A stretch of 42,169 nucleotides of DNA from the NCBI GenBank assembly GCA_030248215.1, contig JASANG010003130.1, positions 496,001 through 538,169 on the forward strand, written 5' to 3'. The notes below the pieces were generated by a model. It was given only the letters and a program-made list of their open reading frames with translations. It was not told the DNA's origin and made no database searches. How positions within the stretch are numbered: position 1 is the first letter of the stretch; the number at the start of each line of letters is the position of its first letter. The position numbers and the translations under genes were made by a program. The stretch comes from Enoplolaimus lenunculus (taxonomy: Eukaryota). Of the stretch, positions 11,543 to 22,900 are shown one piece after another.

Positions 11543-11695
11543 GGCCAATGTTACTTTTAGGGCCGTAACAGTAGATTAAGCGGACTCCTAAGCCTACGCT
11601 TGAGCCTGAGCAACGAAATGTTGTCTGAAATGTATTAAGCCTACTCTTTTACAGACCCACCAGAAACCGGGACGGCCCTAATGGTAACATGGGCC
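11543..11695. mobile_element. Merlin-like MITE, copy 2
   Basis: Same TIRs and internal sequence (cctactctttt..gacccaccagaaacc), a degenerate CCTAAG tract, and an imperfect 8-bp TSD ggaaagat/ggacagtt. Confidence 0.7.
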
Positions 11696-12355
11696 GGACA
11701 GTTAATGGTAAAAGTTGACTCCCACTGGTAGCTTAGGAGTCATTTTTATGTGTAAAAATATGACCGGGATGACACTTTTTACATGAGTCATTTATAAACG
11801 CTACAATGGACTGCAGTGGTCACCGTAAACACCTTTATATCTAAAGAAACTTTTTCAGACTTGATGCACCGCTCGTAAAACATACCGTCACCATCAGTGA
11901 TATAAATCACACAATATTTTCAGTCACCTGATATTCGCCGCGCTAAAACATTGTATGACGTTGTTCTGTGCTCTTGGTTATTATGCAGTTCAATGATGCA
12001 TTTCATACTGTGATATTCCATGAATTGGATAAAAATACGAGCATCGCACTTAAACATTGCATTCGATTAAGTCTTCCAACTTGAAATTCTGGCTGTATGT
12101 ACGGATTTGAGAGTTGTAGTTCGGTCAAATAAACGCATGACTGTTGTATAGTTGAACTTAACGTAGATTGAGCATGGAGTTTGCGCCAAATAAGTCGTTC
12201 AGATCAGTTTATCTATAATTTGATACTTTTTTACGCAGTAGCCGCCTGGTTTAATAACATTGACCCTTGTTGGAATTCTACTATTACGATGACGGTATAG
12301 CATATAATATTGACACCACTTAAAATTAACTTCCAGTCAATATTATAGTATTATA

Positions 12356-12765
12356 CTGCAGTGACCCAAATAAGAAGGGGTAACAAAAGGGTGGGTCCCC
12401 ATTTTGAGTCCCAGATAATTGAGTCCGTATCCTTAATAAGAGTCCGTAAAGCGGATTGAACCCCTAAACCCAAATTAAAGTCGATAAATGTCAACTATCC
12501 CAAAATGCAGTACATAAATGACTCCAGCGCCCCATACAGTTGAGTTTGAAATTTTAATGCATACTTAGTTTTGAAAGTACATTCTTAAGTATAACCTTAC
12601 ATTAACGCTCAAGGTTTTGAGACAAGACAAGTAAACATCGAATTCAACTACCGGATATATATCCAGTAACGAAGGGCGGGCTAAAAATCATAGTCAGTAA
12701 CCGGATAACAGGAGACTAAAAGAGGTCAAATAAATACCATTCCTCTCTTGTTTGGGACAGTCCAG
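12356..12765. mobile_element. TA-flanked ~410-bp MITE (Tc1/mariner-like), copy 1
   Basis: ta|CTGCAGTGACCCAAATAAGAAGGGG ... degenerate right TIR ending CAG|ta. Colinear with 12870-13255 and 19480-19877. Confidence 0.7.
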
Positions 12766-12869
12766 TAGATATAATTTCGACTCACAAGTTAATAGAACAT
12801 ATAATATTAACTCTGTCTACGTAATATTGCCTTCCCCAGTTACGGTACCCATCGCAGAATGAGAATCCA

Positions 12870-13255
12870 AACAATAGGAGTCCGTATCCCTAATAAGAGT
12901 CCGTGAGCGGATAGAGTCCCTAAACCCTAATTAGAATCCATAAGCGTCAATTATCCCTAATTGCAGCGCATAAATGATTCCAGGACCAAATAAAGTTCAG
13001 TTCAAAACTTTAAAGCGTACTTTAGTTTTGAAAGTAACATTCCAAAGTATAACCTTGCATTATCGCTCAAGTTTTTGATGCAAGGCAAAAATTGCTGAAT
13101 TCAACGGATAGGTGCAATACCGGATATAAATCAGTAACGAGGGGTGGCGGAGGGCGGGGTGAAACTAAGTACCATTCCGTAACCGAATAACTGGGGGTAC
13201 CATCTGGAGAGACCAAATAAATATCAGTCCCCACTTCTTATTCGGGTCACTACAG
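12870..13255. mobile_element. Same MITE family, copy 2 (left end degraded)
   Basis: gagtccgtatccctaataagagtccgtgagcggatagagtccctaaaccc... with right TIR CTTCTTATTCGGGTCACTACAG|ta. Confidence 0.7.
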
Positions 13256-15068
13256 TATTTAGAAAAACATTTATTTACCCTATGATAATTAAAACTTCGA
13301 AAAATTTTCATTTAACACTCCATTGTTTCGTTAATAGTCTCATTCTATTTTTCGGTAACACTGTCCGCCGTGCTGTCCTTTGACCAAAAAACACTCATTT
13401 GTTTTAGAAATCTGTTGCTTCTAAAACCCGCTTTTCAGTACTTCAATGTTGCATTTTCAAGATGAATTCAAATTATATCTCAATAGAAATGCTTCTATTT
13501 CTTTCGGGTGCCCCGTTTCCTGATTTTCAATACGAAAACTTTTTGTCAGGATTTATAAGTAGCTAAGATTGTGTTAAAGTTGTAGCTCGTTTTGCTCTTG
13601 ACGTTTTTCCACTATTATATATTGTGTGCCATCCCTAAGGCGATCCCGGTTGGCCATTCCACTGCTAAGTCTTGGGACCTTTTCAGCGGTTACAGACACA
13701 ATACATTGTAACTTATTTTGCACAGACGGCTAACCACTAGTTGATAATTTAGTAGCCAAATACAAGGATGCGTCCCGCGTAAGCGCGCCAAACTACTACA
13801 CTTGGCAACGCCAATCTTGTGAACAATAAAGAAATCTCGGCTAAGCTATCTATAAGCTACGCAGACTTATTTGAGTTCGGAATATTAAATTCGTAACAAA
13901 TTCGTAAAGCGATTTAACCTTTGTTTCTTTGGTATTTATCGCTTTACCACTTCGAATTTAGAATCATTCACTGGAGCTTACTTTTCGCTCTCAAGCCCAA
14001 TGGACGTCAACGCCGGTTTGACCAGTCCAGCCGAACCCGTCATTTTGGGATGTGAATGCGGCTAAAATAGTAAGCTTGCAATCAGTGTCAAAACTTTTCT
14101 AGGACAGCCAGAATTTTTCAGGGTGGCTGGGCCTCAGCTGGCCCCCCTCTGGTTACGAGCTCCCGGTCTGTAAGTGGCCAATCCACTTTTTTTCGGACAG
14201 TCGACCGTTGAACAAACGATCTAAGGTGAGAGGGCACAAATACTGAACGGCGATACGGAGCTGGAGCAGGCCAGCCAGCTCGCCTAACTAGGGGGGCTGA
14301 TAATTTTTCAGGAGAGGCATACGAAGATTTCTATTGACTTACAAGCAAGGTTGAACATTTGCTAGGGTGAGCAAAATTTTTGCAGAGGGGCTGAGCCCCC
14401 TGCTTCCCCCATTGGCTACGGGCCCGAGCTGCAGTTGTTACACATCAATGTATAAAATGTTCCGAAACAATTTTAAAATCGCTGAAATACAGCAATACCT
14501 ATGTTATGTTGGCCATTACATTTTTTATTGCAGCCGATGTAGCTGCTGTTTTTTAATTGCAAAGGCAACTTTCTAAACGCCGTTTTTAGTATTTCTAACA
14601 CATTTTTTGTGTAATAAAATGCGTTTTTGTTTACTTTTTGCAATATGTCATTGTCTACAGAATCGCGCGGGGGGGGGAAGAAAATGAAAACGTTGACACA
14701 ATACCAATTGTCTATTTAGTGTTGCGTTGGATGCGCAGGCGGTTTTGCGATTGATGTAAAGTTTATTTTAAGAACAGTGGCAATGTTTATTTTTTGAGTT
14801 CAGATTTCAGCCATCGAAGTATCAGTAAAATTTTTTTGGACGGCGCTGACACTGCGACGTGAAAGATCGAACCATAAAGATTTATTTTGTTCATACAGAA
14901 AAATCTTACGCTGTATAGACAATGGTTGCTTTTTAAATCCAAGCTTTTTTGTCAAATTTCATTTGAAATTAAAACTTGTGCTGTCAAAAATTGTTTCGTG
15001 TTTTAGTATGTTTAACGAATCCGTAACAAAAAATTTAAATCGGAATTGTCAATATGTGAACACATTAG

Positions 15069-15293
15069 AGAACCCGACAAATGGTCGTAGATGGAATTTT
15101 TGGATTCTGTTATTTCAGGATATACACAAACGTGGGATTTTGAGATTTCGGGATATGGTCGATGGTGGATTTTTGGGAGTTTAGGATTTCTGGATATGGT
15201 CGAAGGTGGTATTTTTGGATTTTGGGATTTTCGGATATGGTCGAAGGTGGGATTTTAGGATTCAGGGATTTCGGGATACAGTCGAAGGTGGAA
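15069..15293. repeat. Minisatellite, ~35-40-bp unit (GGATATGGTCGAAGGTGGGATTTT...), ~6 copies
   Basis: The anchor recurs near 15080, 15118, 15152, 15192, 15232 and 15273. Confidence 0.8.
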
Positions 15294-15297
15294 TGTT

Positions 15298-15840
15298 CCT
15301 AAAACCTAAACCTAAACCCAGGCCTACGTCTAAGTCTAAGCCTAAGCCTAAGCATAAGCTTAAGCCTAAGCTTAAGTATGAGATTTAGGCCAAGGGTCAT
15401 TTAGGATCTAATCCATGTTTAAACCAAAGCCTATTCCTAAAGCTTTAACCTAAAGCAGAAGCCTACGCCATTTACGGTCTAATTTATGCTTATATCAAAC
15501 CCTACTCCTAAGCATAAGCCTAAGCACATGCCTAAGGGTAAACCAAGATGAAGCCCATGCCTAAGGGTAAGCCAAGCCTTGTTTAAACCATAGCCTATTC
15601 ATAAATCCTCAGCTTAAGCCTAAGCCTATGATTTAGCCAAAGGGTCATTTAAGATCTAATCTATGTCTCAACCAAAGCCTATTGCTAAAGCCTCTGCCAA
15701 AGCCTAAGCCTATGCGAGTTATGGTCGAATTCATGTTTAACCAAAGCCTGCTCCTAAAGCATATGCCTAATCCTAAGCACAAGCCTAAGCCTAAGCCTAC
15801 GCTAAAGCCTATTAAACCTAAGCGTAAGCTGTAGCGTAAG
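15298..15840. repeat. Interstitial degenerate telomere-like (GCCTAA)n array with a ~248-bp higher-order duplication
   Basis: Many GCCTAA/CCTAAA hexamers. The block atttag.c.aagggtcattta.gatctaatc occurs at ~15383 and ~15630. Confidence 0.8.
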
Positions 15841-16572
15841 TCAAAAAATCAATATCTAAGCTTTACGTAAACGATAATTTTTAGGCAAACATATTAATAT
15901 ACGACAAAGCGGTGGCTGCACTTGTAGGTGGTACAGGTCCATTTCTAAAACTCAACAAATCTGGTTGGGCTGAACATAAAACACAAATTTTGGCAGGAAA
16001 TTGAAATTTCTGACACTTTACGCAACTTTCCTAAGTGATAAAACGATTTATTTCCTTATCTGTATTATTAGCACGGGGTCCTCGTGCTATTTTAGGTGCT
16101 ACGCTTTAAGTCAATGTTTTAGGTACTACAACCCCTCAATATTTTCAGGCTAATTTTGCCAGCAGATGTGGAGTAAATACTGTGAAAACCAGACTAAAGA
16201 CGCTGACGTCGACTCGAGTAGAATTTTGTATTTTTCAAAGCTTTTGCTTCCATTGGCATTCGAATATTTTAACATTTAGTCACAGTTCAGCATATAAAAT
16301 GTGAATAATGCAGTATAGATACTATAAAGAGCACATTCACACGTTTCAAACACTGCTTTTTATGCAGCCAGAATTATGAGCTGTATAGTTGTTATGGACT
16401 ACCGTTGTATAATCATATTACAAGAATCCGTATTGAATATATTTTTTCGATTTTTTTCCTAACATATTATTTTAAAATGAAAAAGTTTGGCAAAGGCTAA
16501 CGCTGATTTGTTTATCGCGTAAGCATTGTAACCAAACCCGTTGCTTGCAGCCTTGCTTATCCAGCATAGACC

Positions 16573-16703
16573 CGGGTCCGTAGCATGGGGGGCAGGGGGC
16601 AGGGGGGCTTTTCAACCTTGCTTGTAAGTGAACGAAAACCCTTGTATGCCCGTCCTGAAAATTTTTTAGCCCCCACAAGCAAGGTGAGCTGGCTACGGGC
16701 CTG
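16573..16703. mobile_element. hAT-like MITE
   Basis: Ends CGGGTCCGTAGC / GCTACGGGCCTG with a perfect 8-bp TSD CATAGACC (16565-16572, 16704-16711). Related ends occur near 14150-14426, 25600 and 26655-26812. Confidence 0.75.
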
Positions 16704-18618
16704 CATAGACCACGGCAAAATATGGTACCCAAGTGTGTAGCCAGGTAAACAGTGGCGAATTTAGAAATTATTAACAGGCCGAAGGATATATTAGCGAAAA
16801 AAGCTTGCGAGAAAAGCGAGGTAGAATCAAAACGTAATTTTAGCAGGTATATAAAATGTTAACATATAACTATGGTTGTGATCCTTGTTGGGGGGGGCTA
16901 ATGTCTGAGAGCCCTCCTTGGATTCGCCAGTGATGCCAAGGATCTGACGGCACGTCTGCACCCGTCGTAATTTATGAACCAAAAAGTTACTTTGTGTTAT
17001 TATAGTTCCTGGTCAAATATTTTCAACACAAACCACTACGCCAGATTTTGATAGCAGAATCATGATATCCGCATTCTGCACTTTGTTAAAATACCAGTTT
17101 AAAACTTGGTTACGCCCTAGCCCTCTGTTGGTATATACCTTAAAATAAGTTGCCTATATTTATGTATTGTACTTGCTTGCACCAAAGAATAACTTACTGA
17201 AGTTGAGTTCAATATGAAATTCTAGGGTTTTTGGTTAAAATGTTACGATGTTTAGAGCGTAAATATAATACAGCTTATGCCACGTTTGAAAGATTATGTC
17301 GAAATGACTGCTAATTGCATCAAAGAGCTGCACACATTTCAAAGCGTCGTTAAATACTTGTGATTCTTTACCCGGCTAAAATTTAAATAAAAATCTTGCA
17401 ACAAGATAATGCAGAACAACTTGAATTTGTAAACAGTTTTTTACCGTATGAGTGAAAAATGACTAACGAGTAACATTAACGTATTGTAAAATTGCACAGT
17501 TGTATTGAACGCACAAGGAAAAATAAGGGCGGGTAAAATGGCGTCTAGACGGTGAAGAAATTTTGCGCGGGCAAAGGCGGGTAACAGGAAAAGAAATTTT
17601 ATGCGGGTATCCTCGCTGGTAAAAAATTCCCGCATAAATCGCAGAGCGGGTAAAAATCTATCCCCACTTATGCCTCTGGACTTGCACAGCATCCTGCAAA
17701 TAACACATTTTTACTTTTAGTAGAATTTTAACCGGTAGGACAGGTATGTGTTTTAGAAGGCGGATACCTTTTAAAATAGACTGTTTCCGTATCCATATGT
17801 AGTTTTGATAAACGCAAAACTTGAGTTTCGGTTTCGGCATTGTATAAGTCGTTAAAATTTCCTATAGGTAAAGAAATGAAATTTTTTTCCATATGGTGCT
17901 TTAGTCTAGAGAATTAAGGTTCTAATGGCCTTAGAACAAATTCAAAATTTTTGAATATGACCCAATTTCACAAAAATTGTTCACGAAGGCTAAAGATGTT
18001 GAATAGTTTTGGCTTTACCATCGCTTAAAATATTTTTGGTTATGAAAGACAGAAAAGGCGTCGATTTTGTGGTCCTAATGCGCAAGTGATGCATGCAAAG
18101 TTTAAATGTTTACGTTCATAGGCGTGTTGTATTAATCTTGCTGGCTAAGTATTCCGAATGCGTGTGTTTATTTTATTTTGTAACTCAGGTACCTACAACC
18201 TCCTAAGTCTCGTACCCACGTCCAATGAAGTAGGTTTGGACACCGCACGGTCTAGCTATAGTGCAATAGTTACTATTTTGATCAACGTAAAATGTTATTG
18301 ATGTAGGTACGTAACTTGTTCTTGGCAATTTTCGCTTTCTTGGTGGCACTATACTTTTGGTGACGTCAGGCGTCGTCCGTCGCCGACTGGTGCGGTGAGT
18401 CATCGTGCACCGGGCGCCGTGCGTCATCACGCGTTATCATACACGTGGTGACAGACGGTGACAGCCGGCGCCACGCGACAAGCATTGCACAACCCTAATG
18501 CGTGAGGGGCCACCTGTTCCCCTTATAAACGATGCGATTACCAACAAGGGTATGAACTTTTTTACAATATTAATTTATGGTTAATTAACCCTATTCAAAA
18601 TTCTTGCCTTTTTCCTTA

Positions 18619-18822
18619 CACTGCCAAAAATGGTGAGTCAAATTGACTCTCTCCAAAATAGACTTTTCTCTTTTCCGGACTAATCAAACTAAGTCAAATT
18701 CAACTCACCAGAGTCGCTCAGTGAGTCGGATATGAATCTGACGGAGTCCAATATGACTGTTTTTGTAGTCCGGAGAAGCCTATTTCGGAGAAAGTCAATT
18801 TGACTCATCATTTTTTGCAGCG
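18619..18822. mobile_element. Palindromic CACTG MITE, copy 2
   Basis: ta|CACTGCCAAAAATGGTGAGTCAAATTGACT...AGTCAATTTGACTCATCATTTTTTGCAGCG|ta. Same family as 9767, with a different 2-bp TSD. Confidence 0.75.
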
Positions 18823-19479
18823 TAGGGCCACGAGAACTTTTGCTGCTTTCAAATTTGGAGTAATGATCGGTAATCACAGGTTTACTTTGAATGTAATTTG
18901 CATTTCGATCAGTTAAATATTACAACTATACACACAGTAGAATTTAATAATGATTAAACTCAAGTTATCCACTGTTATTGCTATAACTACATGTTTAACC
19001 ATTATATGGGTGTTTACGCTAGCAGCACCTACAACACGTGAAGATCATGTACCAGGTAAAAGCATCGTATTATAGCAAAAATCTTAATTTTGTTATCTTT
19101 AAATTGCCGTGTCAGAAGAATAGAAATGAAGATGCGAAAAGAATATTTAATTTCTGACTTTTGCACACCTTTTCTCTCACAAGCTCAGGTCTTTATTAGG
19201 CAGCTAGCTTGTCCAAACTCTGAGCTTTAGCGTAAACTTAAGGTTTAGTCTAGACGTAAGCGTAAGGTATGCTAACGTCTAAAACTTTTTAAACATGTAG
19301 GGTGAAGATACGAGCCATGTTTTAGTACGTGATAGCATTGTACGGTTTGGTTTTAACGAGCATCACTCAACATCCATTTTTGTAAGTGAATAAGCGCTAA
19401 AATATACAGGTTGTCTAGAAAAACGCTATTAAGTAAACGCTTTTAGCGTTTGTTATATTAATACGCTATTTTTGCATCA

Positions 19480-19877
19480 ATCCCATTGTGAGTCCCAATC
19501 AATAAGAGGCCGTATCCCTAATAAGAGTACGTGAGCGGATAGAGTCCCTAAACCCTAAATGAAGTCCACAAATGTCAATTGTCCGTAATTGTAGTGCATA
19601 AATGAACTCCAGGCCCAATGAGTTCGAAACTGTAAAGCATATATACTAAAGGTTTAAAAGTACATTCCAAAGTATAACCTTGCATTATCGCTCACGCATT
19701 TGATTCAAGACAATTAAACGGTTATTTTAACGGATAATTGCAGTACCGGATATATCACTAACGAAGGGTGGCGGAACGTGGGTTAAATATAAATAACGGT
19801 CCGTAACCGAATAACAGAGGGTAACCTCTGGAGAGGCCAAATAAATATCAGTCCCCCTCTTATTCGGCTCACTGCAG
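19480..19877. mobile_element. TA-flanked MITE, copy 3, ending 37 bp upstream of the kinase TM exon
   Basis: Colinear with 12870-13255; right TIR CTCTTATTCGGCTCACTGCAG|ta. Confidence 0.7.
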
Positions 19878-19914
19878 TACTCCATCGGTTTCGTAAACAG
19901 TTTTACGTTTTCAG

Positions 19915-22900
19915 AATCTCAATGGTCCGATGGCACGCGCGTAATTGTTGCATTAACTTCAGTTGCAGTATGCATTGCAGCAATTTCTGCGTTCACAATA
20001 TGCGTCTGTTGTCATGATGAAATTTTTACACATAAAGTAAATATTTGTCCCATATTATACATCAAGTAGAAATCTTGCATTGAATAAGCCAATTCGGATT
20101 AGTTAGAGCTTAACCTTACTCTATAGCATTTCCGCAAACAACGTTCCACCCCTGATTTTTACATGGACCGAAACTGCTAAATAACTTTCGATATTAGCAT
20201 AAAACTGATAGATTCTGCTGTATAATAAAACCGTTTGCATATGCCACATTTCTGCATATATTTTGGACAAAATATACGTTATTATGTGTGCAAACGTAGC
20301 ATTTTCAGTACGAGCATAACGAAAGCAACACTACACCAAAAACTCCAAATTTATAATGTTACAACTGTAGGTTTTACTATATACATAAATGCAACTCGCC
20401 ATTCCTTCGAGTCTTATTTAAGCTCTCGTGAAAAGTTTCGATATATCATTTAGTGCTTTTAGTTATCCGTGCTATAAATTTACGCATTCCTGGAAAAAGC
20501 TGAATATTGTTTGAAAATATGAACCCTCACTTCCTGAGTTTCTCGAAACCCTACTTAAGTACGACATAGTACTTAAGTACGAGCTATCAACTATTTTGCC
20601 CCTTTTAAATGCGCACTTAAGTTTATACTTAAATCGCAGACTAAATTTGATATACTACAAATTAACCGCTCAGGCACACGAACCTTGATCTAGCTGAAAT
20701 TGTAGACTAATGACTTTTCCTTAACCCCTTCTCACATTAAGTTGCCCATAGGCAACTCAGCGCAGTGTATATACGTTAAATAATATATATCACACCGTGT
20801 TTAACAATTGCAAAACGTATACATAGTACTAAATCACCACAAGACGTGAGAGCCCCATCGGGCTCGAGCGTCAAGCTCCTATAGCTAGTGGTGATGGCAT
20901 ACGCCTCCCACTCCAGTCACTAGAATTCGAAACCTAGCATAAAAGTAGGTCTCAGGAGAAATAGAACATATTCATGTGAGAAATGGTTTATATAAAGCAA
21001 ACTATTAGTTCGCTGTCATAGCAGTGGCCGATATTTGGTGTTTCTTTTTTGTGCTCGAAAATTTAAAGTAGTAACTTAAGTCGGCGACTTCAGTAATTAC
21101 TTAAGCATTACTTACGTAAATATATACTTAAGTAAGATTTCAGAAACCCAGCCAATAAAACTCATTTAATCTTAAATATTTCAGGGTCATTCCGCTCACA
21201 CTGAAGATGACGTCTCATACACAGTAAGCACTGGTGATTTATCCAGAAGGCCTGGATCTGGAAGCTTACCTGGAGCAGGTGCAACAAGAGTTCAAGAAAC
21301 CGTTGTTACCATCGAGCCATTAGGTCAAATCAGCTCAATACCAACGCCTCAAATTGTACCTTCCGAAACGATTGACATTCCTGCTGATGCTCTTAAACCA
21401 AAACGGCCTCCTGGTTTCGCGACAGCGACTTCTGAGCGGTTTGAGACGCAAGATTGGTTTTCTGGTAAGTTAAAAATTACTCTAATACCAGCTACAAAAG
21501 TTTTTCACTTTGTTATATACTTAGTTTTGTGATTGCTTTTAAATCAGCGCACAGGATACTTTTTAATTATTTGAATCTGAAATATTTAACTTAAATTCTT
21601 GTTTTATGAAAGGTGATTTGTTAATTTTTTGTTCAAAGCAAACATTGCTTACAGCATCAAAACTCTTTGTTACTTAAACAGTTACTTTTAAACTCCCTCC
21701 ACGATACTTCCCCTGTCTTATTTTGTTGTATTGTTTTTATATATTATTCGTTTAATGGGGCCGTTATCCCTTAGAACTTCCGCAATCCGAAAGGACCGAA
21801 AGCCCGACGGGTTGCTGTTGGCCCTTAGACACCAAGCATAATTACTATGAAATATTAATGCTTTTCCACTTTTTATATTTCAGTTGAGAAATATCCCAAT
21901 TATCAGCGAAACGAAATCAAGTTTGTCAGCGAAATTGGTACAGGATGGTTTGGTCGCGTAAGTTAATACCTAAGTCACTGCAAACAACCTTTGTTTTTTT
22001 AGATTAATGGTGTAATAAAATAGTGACTTTAATTTGACACAATTTTTGATTTTAAGTAGAATTTGTTTAGCTTCAATCATTTTTGCGTGTAAGTTTAACA
22101 ATCCGTATTTTTGTAAGGTTTGTTAAGCTTTATCATCTTGTTGCATCTAAGTTAAACAGTAAATGTTGTTGTAAGGATGTCGCATCTTCCTTCGAACTGC
22201 AATTGAATAGATTTTGAGGCTTTAAAACTTTTTAATTCGTAAGTGAAATTTAAGTATAGAAACATTGTTCTCGGCTGTGGGCACCGATCATGCAGTATAT
22301 ATATATATAGCGAAAATAATTTTTGTTTTTATTAAGCGGGCCACGGATATTTATTGAAAAACAACGAGACAGAGTTAGAACATATCAAATACTAAAAGAA
22401 AACATACATAATGGGTTTTGATCGGCAATGAAGAAACCAAGGTTTACCTTTCTCATATTTTTTTTTTCCTCTGAGATCTTTTTTTCTTTCTCTGGGGTCT
22501 TCCGTCTACTTTTTTTTTTTTTATTTCTGCTCCCATTAATCACAATGAATTTTAGCTGAGTATATATATTATTATTAGTATTATAGGTCGTCCGCGGAGA
22601 AATTGGAAATATAGCAGTTGTTCTTAAAATCTTCCGCGATGATTTGACGAATAAACAGAAAGGATTTGCTTTGTCAGAATGTCTGGCATTTAGGTAAGCG
22701 TTAATTTACAGCTAGCGCGCCAAACAGAAAATTGTTGCCAGTACCAGTTTAACTATCTCTCGCTTAGGTTATTTCACCAATAATATTGCAAAAAAAACTA
22801 AATTAAAATGAATGTTTCGGCGGCATGTATTCTTCATTGTACGGTTCCGGTTCCGTGTCCGTTAATTTTTTCAAATTCCAGTTCCGGTTTCGGTAAATTG

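Noticed and set aside
15206..15388. ORF ending in a PKPKPK-rich peptide
   Set aside because: It is a translation of the CCTAAG/CCTAAA telomere-like repeat.
17520..17680. Clustered GCGGGTAA motifs; also TTCCGG repeats at ~22840-22910 and ~30730-31050
   Set aside because: They look like decayed transposon subterminal repeats; I could not define paired ends or TSDs.
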